This document shows, piece after piece, positions 28,494 through 39,200 of a DNA stretch of 64,000 bases; position 1 is the first letter of the stretch, and the number at the start of each line of letters is the position of its first letter. The DNA lies in NCBI GenBank assembly GCA_030059665.1, contig JANVYR010000002.1, positions 128,001-192,000 on the forward strand, given 5' to 3'. The notes beneath the pieces are model-generated. The model did not search any database and had not been told where the DNA came from. It saw only the letters and a program-made list of their open reading frames with translations. The stretch is from Candidatus Calditenuis fumarioli (GTDB taxonomy: Archaea > Thermoproteota > Nitrososphaeria_A > Caldarchaeales > Calditenuaceae). The translations under genes were made by a program, and so were the position numbers.

Positions 28494-31115
28494 GTGGAGG
28501 TGTCCTTCGAGAGGCTCTGGGTCTGGGACGTCGAGGAGGTCGGGAGCAGGCTCCGCTGGTACTACATGGTGGCCACGAACCAGAGGCCTGCGAAGTACCT
28601 GATCTGCCGTAGGATACCCGCTGAGTTCGAGGAGGGGATGAGCGATGAGGAGCTCTGGAGCTCCCACAGGAGGGCTGCAGAGGAGTTCAGGAGGGTCTTC
28701 GCCGAGATCAGGGAGGGAACGCTCCGCCTGAGGGACCTCGAGGAGGCCAGGCCGTCGCTGATGGACCTGAAGGTCGCCATCGTGAGGAGGATGCTCAGGA
28801 GGTGCACCTTCTGCAGGTGGAGGTGCAGGGTCGACAGGACTGCCGGAGGCAAGCTGGGGACCTGCATGCTGGCCCACACCTCCAAGGTCAGCTCCTACTT
28901 CCACCACCTCGGCGAGGAGCTCCCGATACGGGGCACGATGGGTTCGGGCACGATCTTCTTCACGTCGTGTAACATGAGGTGCGGGTTCTGCGTCCATCCA
29001 GACACCTACGTGATGACCGACGACGGTCCCAGAAGGATAGAGGATCTGTTCTCAGAGGCTGAGGGGGAAATATTGCACGGCGACGGCTACGTGAGGTTTC
29101 CGAAGGGGTTGTACACTTACACGTACGACGGCAGAAGGGTCAAGGTCTCTAAGGTCTTCAAGCACTTTTACGCCGGTGATCTCATCGTCATCAAGCCCCT
29201 CTACGCACCTCCAATAGCTGTAACGCCAGCCCATGAGTTAGTGGTCTACAGCGAGGAGGAAGGAGGGGTTAGGAAAAAGAAGGCCGGCGAACTCAGCGTA
29301 GGAGATAAGCTGCTGATACCTAGACTGAAGAGGGGAGGCGGTGAGGAAGTCCACATAGACGTAGGGCAAATCTTGGAGAGCGCTGCAGCCGAGCTGAAGT
29401 TCTCCGTGAACGTTCGGCCGGAGATGCACGAACTGGTTGTCAGGCTTCACGAATCTGGCCTGACGTCTGGCGAGATAGGGGAGAGAACGGGTTACCATCC
29501 TGCATATGTTAGAGGCCTTGTGAGCAGGCTGAGGAGGGGCGAGGTAGGCGGTAGGGAGAGGAGGAACTCTTTGGTCTTCGAGGACGGGCTAGTGCGATTA
29601 AAGACGGAGAAGAGACCCGGCATACCAGCTAAGTTGAGGCTTGATGAAGAGGTCGCCGAACTATTGGGATATTATTGCGCTGAGGGGCACGTAAGCAGGT
29701 ATAACGACAGGCCGAGTAGTTACAAATTAGTGATCAGCTTCGGGAAAAATGAAAGGGATTTAGCAGCCAGAACGAAGACCCTCTTGGAGAAGAAGTTCAA
29801 CGTAAGGGCACGGGTAGTTGAGCGCAAGACTACCATAAGCGTCGAGGTGGGCAAAACCTCGCTGGCCCTTCTCTTCAAATCGTTGTGCGGAAGCAACTCA
29901 TACGATAAGAAAGTGCCTCCCCATCTATTCAAAGCTCCTCACAGCGTGATAGAGTCGTTCCTGCAGGCCGTTACCGTGGGGGACGGGTGTATAACAGGAG
30001 GCCACATAGCCGTTAGTACGTCCTCGAGGGAGCTGGCGCATGGATTATACGGGCTATATGTACTGTTGGGGCACCTCCCGAGCTATAACGTCTATAAACC
30101 ATCTGCTGAGAAGATCATAGAGTCCAGGAGAGTTAAGCAATCTACAATTTACTACGTAAAGGTCAGGTTATCCAGGATTCGTGATAGGTCCTGGAAAGAA
30201 GCCAGGCACGTCCGGTACAAATTCACGGACGATTACGTAGTGGTCCCTATATACTCGATATCCAAGAAACGATACATCGGCCCAGTGTACAATATGGAGG
30301 TGGACGATGGGAGTCACACGTACACTGCCAGCTACATAGCCATTGGTAACTGCCAAAACGGCGACATAAGCAAGGACAAGGACAACGGCCTCGACGTGAC
30401 GCCGGAGCTCCTCGCGAAGATGATGTGGGAGCTGAGGGCAGAGGGCTGCCACAACGTCAACCTGGTCGGCGGCGAGCCGACGATACACCTCCACACGATC
30501 GTCGAGGCGATATCCCTGCTGGGCAGGGTGAGGCCGACGCCGAGGGACCTCCAGTACATGTGGCTGATGAAGCCCGACTACCTCAGGTGGAGGAGGGTCC
30601 CTGAGGACAGGTACACCGTCGACGGCGAGTTCAACGTCCCCATCCTGTGGAACTCGAACATGTTCATGACCGGCGAGACGCTGGAGCTGCTCAGGGAGCT
30701 GGTGGACATCTGGCTGCCCGACTTCAAGTTCGGGAACGACAAATGCGCCATCAGGTTGGCGAGGACGCCCTGGTACTGGGAGACGGTGACGGAGAACCAC
30801 AGGAGGATCTACGAGTGGGGAGAGGACATAGTGGTCCGGCACCTCGTTATGCCCAACCACGTCGAGTGCTGCACCAGGCCTGTCCTGAAGTGGATAGCCG
30901 AGAACATGCCCGGGACGCTGGTGAACGTGATGGACCAGTACCATCCCGACTGCTTCGCCGACCCGAGGTCACCCGAGTTCGACCCCAGACTCTCCGACAT
31001 CGCCAGGTACCCGACGAGGGAGGAGATCGCTGAGGCCTACCGCATCGCGGAGGAGCTCGGGATACCATACGAGGTCATCTCCCTCGAGAAGAAGGGCCTC
31101 TTCCTAGGTCTTTAG
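28494..31115 (+). CDS. Radical SAM protein, PflX-like (COG1313), interrupted by an intein
   Basis: The extein reads SGTIFFTSCNMRCGF|CQNGDIS..., NLVGGEPT, WNSNM, DIWLPDFKFG, VRHLVMPNHVECC and VNVMDQYHP. About 419 aa after splicing. Confidence 0.9.
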   Translation: MEVSFERLWVWDVEEVGSRLRWYYMVATNQRPAKYLICRRIPAEFEEGMSDEELWSSHRRAAEEFRRVFAEIREGTLRLRDLEEARPSLMDLKVAIVRRMLRRCTFCRWRCRVDRTAGGKLGTCMLAHTSKVSSYFHHLGEELPIRGTMGSGTIFFTSCNMRCGFCVHPDTYVMTDDGPRRIEDLFSEAEGEILHGDGYVRFPKGLYTYTYDGRRVKVSKVFKHFYAGDLIVIKPLYAPPIAVTPAHELVVYSEEEGGVRKKKAGELSVGDKLLIPRLKRGGGEEVHIDVGQILESAAAELKFSVNVRPEMHELVVRLHESGLTSGEIGERTGYHPAYVRGLVSRLRRGEVGGRERRNSLVFEDGLVRLKTEKRPGIPAKLRLDEEVAELLGYYCAEGHVSRYNDRPSSYKLVISFGKNERDLAARTKTLLEKKFNVRARVVERKTTISVEVGKTSLALLFKSLCGSNSYDKKVPPHLFKAPHSVIESFLQAVTVGDGCITGGHIAVSTSSRELAHGLYGLYVLLGHLPSYNVYKPSAEKIIESRRVKQSTIYYVKVRLSRIRDRSWKEARHVRYKFTDDYVVVPIYSISKKRYIGPVYNMEVDDGSHTYTASYIAIGNCQNGDISKDKDNGLDVTPELLAKMMWELRAEGCHNVNLVGGEPTIHLHTIVEAISLLGRVRPTPRDLQYMWLMKPDYLRWRRVPEDRYTVDGEFNVPILWNSNMFMTGETLELLRELVDIWLPDFKFGNDKCAIRLARTPWYWETVTENHRRIYEWGEDIVVRHLVMPNHVECCTRPVLKWIAENMPGTLVNVMDQYHPDCFADPRSPEFDPRLSDIARYPTREEIAEAYRIAEELGIPYEVISLEKKGLFLGL
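28989..30350 (+). mobile_element. Intein with LAGLIDADG homing endonuclease (454 aa)
   Basis: Begins CVHPDTYVMT; block B TPAH; DOD motifs LLGYYCAEGH and FLQAVTVGDG; block F VYNMEV; ends IAIGN followed by Cys+1. Visibly more AT-rich than the flanking exteins. Confidence 0.95.
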
Positions 31116-31256
31116 GGCGGAAAGCGGAAGGATTAGTCCCAATCCGGTGACGTCCCTTGCCGGATATCGGAGCAGATCAATTCGTTAGGTCCTTCATCCT
31201 CACCCGAGTTACGTTTATGTTACGGACGAGCGTGGTCAGGTCAAGGTAGGTGACGC

Positions 31257-31430
31257 ATGGCGTCCGTGAGCTGTCCGGTCTGCGAGGCAGGCGTTGAGGT
31301 TCCCGACGACGCACTGGAGGGAGAGCTCTTCGAGTGCAGCTCCTGCGGTGCCCACCTGGAGTTCTACCTCGAGGCGGGGAAGCCGAGGCTGAAGCTCGCC
31401 GAGGAGGTCAGCGAGGACTGGGGCGAGTGA
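31257..31430 (+). CDS. lysW: LysW amino-group carrier protein
   Basis: Manual translation (below the ORF-track cutoff): MASVSCPVCEAGVEVPDDALEGELFECSSCGAHLEF...EEVSEDWGE*, with two CxxC and the diagnostic EDWGE end. Confidence 0.95.
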   Translation: MASVSCPVCEAGVEVPDDALEGELFECSSCGAHLEFYLEAGKPRLKLAEEVSEDWGE

Positions 31431-31437
31431 CCAGGGC

Positions 31438-32292
31438 TTGAGGATCGGCGTGACCTACGACCTGGTCCGGGAGGAGGAGAGGCTTCTCGTAGAGGCCGCC
31501 AAGAGGCTCGGCCACGAGGTCAAACCCATCTTCGTGCCGAAGATGCTGGCCCGGATCGACGGCGACGCGCCGGAGAACCTGAGGGGCCTGGACTTCGTCC
31601 TGGAGAGGTGCGTCAGCTTCTACCGCGCCCTGGCGAGCTCCGCCGTCCTCGAGGGCTGGGGCCTCAGGGTCGTGAACCCTCACCAGGTCATCAGGGACTG
31701 CGGCGACAAGCTGGTGACCACCATCAGGCTCAGGTCGAGGGGCGTCCCGGTTCCGAGGACGGTCGTGGCCTTCACGAGGGAGGGAGCGGTGGAAGCCGCG
31801 CGGGAGCTCGGTTACCCTGTGGTGGTCAAGCCCATCTACGGCAGCTGGGGGAGGCTCATGGCCAGGGCCCTCAGCGAGGACGACCTCCTCGACGTGATAG
31901 ACTTCAGGGAGTCGATGCCGGTCTCCCACTTCAAGGTCCACTACCTCCAGGAGTTCGTCAACAAGCCCGGCAGGGACATCAGGTCCTTCTACGTATGGGG
32001 AGAGGTTCCGGTCGCGATCTACCGTTACAGCAACAGGTGGAAGACCAACACCGCCCTCGGAGGAAGGGCGGAGCCCGCTGAGCTGACGGAGGAGCTGGTG
32101 GAGACGACGATCAGGGCCGGCGATGCGGTCGGCGGTGGCGTCCTCGGGGTTGACCTGGTCGAGTCGCCCGAGGGGAACCTCTACGTGATCGAGGTGAACG
32201 CGGTCATCGAGTTCAGGAACACGGTCCGAGTGACGGGCTACGACCTGGCAGGTCACATTGTGGAGAGGACCGTGCAGGAGATGCGGCGCTGA
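31438..32292 (+). CDS. lysX: LysX/ArgX RimK-family ATP-grasp ligase
   Basis: KPIYGSWGRL, YLQEFV, RDIR, WKTNTALGG (NT type, LysX-like) and EVNAVIEF. Directly follows lysW. Confidence 0.88.
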   Translation: MRIGVTYDLVREEERLLVEAAKRLGHEVKPIFVPKMLARIDGDAPENLRGLDFVLERCVSFYRALASSAVLEGWGLRVVNPHQVIRDCGDKLVTTIRLRSRGVPVPRTVVAFTREGAVEAARELGYPVVVKPIYGSWGRLMARALSEDDLLDVIDFRESMPVSHFKVHYLQEFVNKPGRDIRSFYVWGEVPVAIYRYSNRWKTNTALGGRAEPAELTEELVETTIRAGDAVGGGVLGVDLVESPEGNLYVIEVNAVIEFRNTVRVTGYDLAGHIVERTVQEMRR

Positions 32293-32301
32293 ACCCGCTG
32301 C

Positions 32302-32571
32302 TCACCTCTCCCTCGTCAGGCCTTCGACCTGTATCTCGCCCACGCCATCGACGGATCTGAGGGCCTCCTCCACCCTCTCGGTCACCCCCTCCTCCTCGGG
32401 AAGCGAGAGGGCCAGCAGGAGCGTCTCGAGCCCGAAGGCCATGGTCTCCCTGGCGTGGTTCCTCAGCACTACGCCTTCCGGCAGCGAGCTCCTGATCCGC
32501 TCCATCAGCGCGTCGAGGTCGACCTCCGAATCCGCAGGCATCACCCTGACGACGTACAGGACCCTTCCCAT
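32302..32571 (-). CDS. ef1b: Archaeal elongation factor 1-beta
   Basis: MGRVLYVVRVMPADSEVDLDAL...MAFGLETL...EEGVTERVEEALRSVDGV. Confidence 0.9.
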   Translation of the reverse strand: MGRVLYVVRVMPADSEVDLDALMERIRSSLPEGVVLRNHARETMAFGLETLLLALSLPEEEGVTERVEEALRSVDGVGEIQVEGLTRER

Positions 32572-32688
32572 CTCGCACCACATCACAAAAAGGAGTTATT
32601 GAGCGTGAAACCGTCAGGGAGTTGCGCGTCGCGGATCTGGTGTCGCATCCGAGAAACGTTATTAACCGTCACAACGCGTTGAGCTCCG

Positions 32689-33072
32689 GTGTCGATAGCC
32701 GGAAAGCTGATCGAGGAGCTCGAGAAGGATCGAATGGCAAGGAGGAGGCTCGCCGAGATCTTGGTTACCGACGGTGAGGTGAGGTTGGCGATAATCAACG
32801 CGGTTCTGGCGGATGTCGCCACGAAGGAGGACCTCCGGAGGACGGAGGACAACCTGAAGGCCTTGATCGAGAGGGAGATATCGAGACTTGAGAAGAGAAT
32901 TGACTCGCTCGAGAGGAGGATCGATGCCTTGGAGAACAGGGTAAACTCCATCGAGGCCAGGTTGTCGAGGCTGGAGGGTCAGATGAACCTCTTCGTCAAG
33001 CTCTTCATCGCCTTCAACCTGCCGATTCTGCTGGCGGTTATTGGAATTCTGCTGAGGCTCGTCTTCGCCTGA
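32689..33072 (+). CDS. Membrane-anchored coiled-coil protein (head-ATKEDL neck-stalk-TM; CCDC90/DUF1640-like)
   Basis: VATKEDL neck motif, heptads LEKRIDSLERRIDALENRVNSIEARL, and a C-terminal TM helix. Confidence 0.65.
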   Translation: MSIAGKLIEELEKDRMARRRLAEILVTDGEVRLAIINAVLADVATKEDLRRTEDNLKALIEREISRLEKRIDSLERRIDALENRVNSIEARLSRLEGQMNLFVKLFIAFNLPILLAVIGILLRLVFA

Positions 33073-33210
33073 CGGGATAGTGCAGGGTTACCGGTGACGG
33101 GGCCCCAAAGCCCGTCCTATCACGCGAAGGATTCAGGTGGTCAGCGACGCGTGATCTTCCCGACTCTCGGACGGATCAAATGTGCCCGTAACAACAACTC
33201 GATGGAACGC

Positions 33211-33262
33211 GCTGAGAAAGGTGGAGAAGACCAGAAAAAGGAGGAGAAAAGGGTTAGGGGTT
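33211..33262 (-). terminator. Pyrimidine/U-rich terminator tract for the giant surface-protein gene
   Basis: The reverse strand reads CCCTTTTCTCCTCCTTTTTCTGGTCTTCTCCACCTTTC just past the stop at 33274. Confidence 0.5.
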
Positions 33263-33273
33263 TACGGAACGGA

Positions 33274-36200
33274 TCACTTGGCCGGAGTCTTCGGCGGTGG
33301 CGGGGCGTAGACGCCTAGCCTCCTTCCTCTCCACCAGCGGTACTCGCTGATGATGATCGCCAGCACTATCACCAGCAGTATGATGCCGATCGCGAGCGCC
33401 AGGAGCGTCGCCAGCGACATCGGTATGCCGAGGACCTCGACGTAGACCGGCAGCCTGATCTCGACGACATCGCCTCTCCTGAGCTGGTCGAGCGTCACGC
33501 TAGCGGAGCCGGTGAAGCCCTTGTACGTCGCCCTGACCTCGTAGGAGGCCGGAGCGAGCTTCTCGAACCTCGCGGAGCCGGCGGCGTCAGCGGATGCGGT
33601 CCCGACCGTGGTGCCAGCCCTGAGCAGCTGGACCGATGCGCCCTGGAGTCCCTGGCCGAGCTCTCCGACGACCCTGACAGTCAGCGCGAAGAGCTGGGCG
33701 AGCACGGAGATCTCCTTCCTCGCGACCGAGATCGGCTCGTCTCTAGCGTAGACCTCGACGCCCTCAACGGAGACCCTGACGGTGTATGTTATCGGCGAGT
33801 CCTCGGTTCCAAGCGGTACCCTCTCGAAGACGGCCTTGCCGTCAGGTCCTGTGGTCTTCGGTTGAGCCCTACCGAAGGTTACCACCGCGCCTCCGACCGG
33901 CCTTCCCTGGGCGTCGACGGCGTTGATCACCACGTCGTCGACCGGCATCTGGAGCGTCCTGCCGCCGAGGAGCCTCGTCCTAATGCCGTCAGCTGTGTCG
34001 GTCAGCGTCACCTGGACCGAGGTACCGTATGTCGGGCTCGTGTACTTGACCGAGAATGTCACCGGTGCGCCGGTGTATAGCGCAGTGATGGTGATCACGT
34101 TGCCAGCGACCTCACGCCTGAAGTAGTAGGCCTCAGGTGTGATCGAGACGTCTCCAGGCGCTATCGAGAGCGGCCTGCCTCTGAGGTCGGTCACCTCGAA
34201 GGACAGGTCTGTGAACGGCATCGATGCCTCGACCTGCACGGTACCGACGTTGACGGTGCTGATGTCGAAGGTCCTCTTGAAGATCGTTCCGGCATCACCG
34301 AACCTCACCTCGAGCTCGTAGACTCCTCTCGGCAGCCTGTTGATCGTGAAGGTCCCTCTGGACATGCCGACGCCCTCCGTGAACCTCAGCGACAGCTCAG
34401 TAGTTGCACCGGTCTTCTTGTAAACAAAGACCTCGAACCTTCTGAGTATGTCGGGTGGCAGCGTCTTCCCTCCGTAGTTCAGCAGCGCCTTGAAGTCGAA
34501 GACCGCGGTTGTCACGTCCCTGTGGACTCCCCTGCTGACCGGATCGCTCGCGCTTACGACCCTGTCAGGCAGCTTCAGTCCGATCGCGGCCTCGGAGTGC
34601 GGCACCTCAAGCGTCTTGGCGGCTGCGTCGGTCTCGTCGAAGTCGCTGTCGTAGACCTTCACGTGCCTCGGCAGCGGAGCTGTCTCGTCCCTGAACGGCC
34701 ATATCGGCCAGAGGTTGCCGTTCGCGTTGTTCGGGTTCGGATCGGTTGCGAGCCAGTAGACCCTGATGATCAGTCTGAGCGGGTCTCTGACACCGGAGTT
34801 GTCTACGGTATCGTCGTTGTTGGCGTCGTAGTTCCAGGTGCCGAAGGTCAGGTTCATGATGGCGGTGTACCCAGCTCCACCGATCGGTCTCGGATCCAGC
34901 AGCTTGCCCCTGTGGTACATGTACAGCGTCTGGAGGTCGATCGGTCTTGCGGTCCAGGAGTTGTTGGCGGTGTAGCTCCAGCCAGCTATCCTGCCGCTGG
35001 CCCTGTCGACCAGCTCGACGAAGGCTCCAGCGAGCGGCCTGCCGTTGAAGTCGATCGCCCTAACCGTCACGGCGGCGTAGTTGACGGTGATCACGAACGG
35101 CTTGCTGATCGTCCTTGCCTGGTCCTTGTCGTAGTAGGTGCAGAGCCCTACGCAGAACCCGTCTGGGTCGAACCAAGTGCTGATCGTCGTTATCGCCCAG
35201 TGCGTCGGCTCCTCGTCCGGGAAGTAGGCGAAGCTGCTCCTCCTGGTGGGCGTGTTGTAGGTCTGCTCGACCAACTGCACGTTCAGACCCTGCATCCAGG
35301 TCTTCCACTTGGCGTCGTCGGGCTCGTTGACGTAGGCCGGCGGCTCGACTCTGTACCTAACCGTTAGCCCTGCCCAGAAGATCTTCCTCACGTTCGTCGG
35401 ATCGCTGTCGAAGGTCACGAAACCGTATGCGTCGCTAACTCCGCTTAGAACGCCGGTGTCGACCGATGTGCCGAGCTTCCTGGCCTGCAGCCTTACGGTG
35501 TAGCCCTGGACCGGGTAGGCGGTGGGCACTCCCTGCTCGTCCCTCCACGTCAGCAGCACGACGCTCAGCTGCCTCGCGGCGTTCAGCATTATCGGCACGG
35601 TCACCCTGCTGGTGGTCACGGTCTTGAGCGGGCCGTCGCCGAAGGTCTCGTTGTTCAGGACGAACTGCGTCGCGACCAGGTCATTCAGCCAGGTGACGTC
35701 GGAGTGGTTGGCGCTGAAGACGTACTTCCAGGTGGTGTTCATGAACCTCGGTCCGGGTATCTTGGAGAAGTCCACTATGCCGTCGGCGTCGGTGGAGCTG
35801 ATCAGCGTGACCCTCTTCTCGCACGGGAAGGCGCTGTCCTCGCAGGCCTCGTAGTCCTGTGGAGCAGGCGGCCAGCTACTCCAAAGGCTCTGGTCCCACC
35901 AGGTCGTCACGTTCGGGTAGTAGATCCAGAGGTTGAGGTTGTGGACGGCGTGCGCCGGGTCAGTGGAGTTGCTCAGCGTGAACATGAACCTGACGTCGTA
36001 GACCTCTGAAGCGCCGAACTCCTTCACCGGACCCTTGTCGAGGACGTAGTTCTCGCTGTAGACGACCGCGCTCTTCCAGACGACGTTGAACTGGTAGTGG
36101 AACTCCTCCTTAGTGTTTGCCAGGCTTATCGCGTGAGTCCGATCAACGCCTCCGGTAGGCAGTATGCCGACGTTGTGACCTATGCCGGACTCGATCCCGT

Positions 36201-39200
36201 ACGTCTCGTTCAGGAACCCGCTGGTCGGGAGCAGCAGCAGCCCCTCGTAACCGGAGATGGTGAAGCTCTTGATGGTGCCGTCGGACTTCGTGTACCACCT
36301 AGCGTACTTGAGCTGTCCATATCTGTACGACAGCGGGTCTGTGGAGGTTCCGGGCACGCCAGTGGCGTTGTTGGCGTCGAAGGCGAAGTCGCTGGACGGC
36401 ATCAGGTAAATGTACCTCTCGGTGACCGTCATGTTCAGCCCGAAGACGTCACGGAGTATCAGCTTGGCGGGCCACGGAGGCACCTGCACGAAGATCTGAT
36501 GTGTGGCAGAATCGTGGCAGTTACTGCCTACGCTTCTTACGCATCGGAACGTGATGTTGATCCTGTCCCACTTGATTTCCTTAAACCTCTGCGGGCTATC
36601 TGGATCGGCGACCCTCTTGGTCTCCCACTCCCACCAGAACGTGTAGGTCGTGTTGGTGGTCCTTTTATCAGACTTCACGGTAGTTATAGTTCTGTTGACG
36701 GGACCTCCGGACATCGCGGATATGTCAATCCTCGATGTGACGTTCAGGTTGACGATCCAGGCCTCTATCAGCGCGTTCTCTAGCGGCGCACCTCCCTTGT
36801 CGATGGCCCTCGGCTTAATGAAAGCAACCGGCAGCGGAGCCCTCAGCGTATCCTTGTCGTAGATGATAATCTTGTAGCCGAATGCGTCCTGCAGCTTCAC
36901 CCACTTGCTGTAGAACGTCTGCTGCTTGTGGAGATCAGCGTTGGGCTGGAGCGTGAAGTTCAATGCAGGCCATACCTTGTTGGGCAGCGCCGATTTGTTG
37001 TAGAACTTGTCGACGACGAAGCTCATGTTGGTCGTCAGCCTGACGTCCTGAAGCCTGTAGCTGCCGTTCCACCAGAGGTAGGAGTAGTCCTGCGGACCTG
37101 GCCTCGTGTTGTCTCCGTATAGGATCGTCTTGTACTCGAGCGATCCGGTCCACTTGGAGAAGTTCCCGAGACCGAGCGTCATGGAGACGAAGTTGTCGTT
37201 GATGATGTCGAACCTGACGTCGCCGATCCGCAGATCGCCGTCGATCATGTCCAGGAACCAGTGGAGGGCCCAGGTGTTCAGGTTGACCTCTAACCTGTCG
37301 CAAACGGTGAACCTCAGGTCCCTGTTGAACTCCCTCAGGACGACCCTCGTATCAGCCTTCTCATGGACCTCCTGCGGCAGCATGGACTCGGATCCGGGCA
37401 TCCAGTGGATGTACGACTCGTACGTCCTGTTACCGGACTCACCTGGCCAGAAGCCGTAACCAGGCGACGCGTCTCTGTAGTTGTATCCTCCTAATGTTCT
37501 CGGCGCCACCGTCGTCACGGTGATGTTGTATATCGCAGGCGGCATCTGGTAGAAGATGTACTCGTTGGTGGCGTTCTTGTGCTGTATGACGTAGCTGAAG
37601 AACTGGGCAACCCTGACGCTGGTGTTCCACCTCTGGAAGTCGAAAATGTTGCCCTGGCCGGCGGGCACCACGCCGAGCCTCTCCGCCAGAGATCCGTCAC
37701 GGATGGCGTAAGGCCACGGATCCATCGTCTCCAGGAAGTACCAGGGCTTCCTCGCCGGGTCGCTGATGTTGTATCCCACCCACGACACCGTGACGTTCAG
37801 CCTCGGTATCGCAACGGTTCCCTGGAAGTCGAAGGTCTTGAAGACGAAGTCGGTGATCAGGGCCCTGACCTTGATCGGTGCGTGGAAGTCGCCCTCGACC
37901 GGTATCGAGACCTTGCCGTCCTGCGCTGCAATCCTTGTGTTATCAGGGAGTATCGCCTCGAGGAACGGGACGTCAACTCCCTTCCAGTAGAGCCTCGTGA
38001 ACGTCAGGGTACCTCCGGTAACGATGAAGTCCTTAGCTCCGTCGGTTCCCGTGTTGAACCTCACCTCGGAGTTGGTGGCGGGGTCGATCATCCAAGCAGG
38101 CGTCTGGGAGAGCGGCCTGTCCTGGCAGTCGACGAAGAGGACCTTCAGCTTGAAGACGCTAACTGTCTTGTCGACGAAGACTGTCCTGACCAGCTTGTTG
38201 ATCTCGCCGGAGTTCTCGTAGATAGTTACACCAGCGTACTGGACCCTTATGCCGTACATCAGGTCCTCTGGGACCTGGAAGGCGACCCAGACGTACTCAG
38301 GCGCCGGAGATCCGAGGAGCGCGACGGAGATGTTCAGCCTCCAGAGGAATGGCCACGATACCGGTCCAACCTGCTCGTAGGCGTACTTTCCATCGATGGG
38401 CGACGGCGATACCAGCCTGTATGCCTTCAGCTCAACCGGGCCTCCGGTCTCCCTTAGCAGCCAGATCCTCACGTCGCTCGGGTTCAGGACGTTGCCCTCG
38501 TTGTCCCTTACCGTTATCACGATGTCGCTGACGTTGGCGACGAGGAGGAGCTTGCCGTCAAGATCGAATGTTAAGGTCCCAAATATCGGGTCAACTACAG
38601 ACCCCGTGTTGTTCTCAACCCTCCCTACCAGAGGACCTCCTCCGCTCGATGTACCCAGCCTGACCAGTCTCGGAGCTGATGTCCTGGAACCGCTGTAGAT
38701 CTCCGGATAAATTGGTGTTGGACCCGAAGTCCACGGATCGGGCCATTCAGATGCACTCTTGAGCGCCACCAGGTACGGGTTCCTCAGGAAGAAGACTCCG
38801 ACCGTCTGAGATGCTCCTCCGTAGCTGTCCATGAACCCTCCGGAGTACTGGATCTCTATCCTGAGACCGTTGTACGGGCCTGGATCATCGGATATGCTCC
38901 TCGTCTTCAGGTAATCGTTCACCGCGACCTTCGTGGGATCGTTGGCAGTGAGGTCAGCGGTTCCGGAATAGTACCTGGAAGTGTAAGTCTCGTCCCTCGC
39001 GAACCTCCCCTCTTGGAAGACCTTGATGTTTCCGAATTTGCCCACCAGGTACATCCACATCGTGGCGTTCGGAACCCTCAGGTACGTCCTGAACTGCGGT
39101 AGGGATCCTGGCCATGCGTGACCGTTGGCCGTCAGGGCGAATCCGTCACCCGGAATTCCGAACGGCTCCTCAGTAGTTCCCACCTGGTTCTGGAGGTAGT

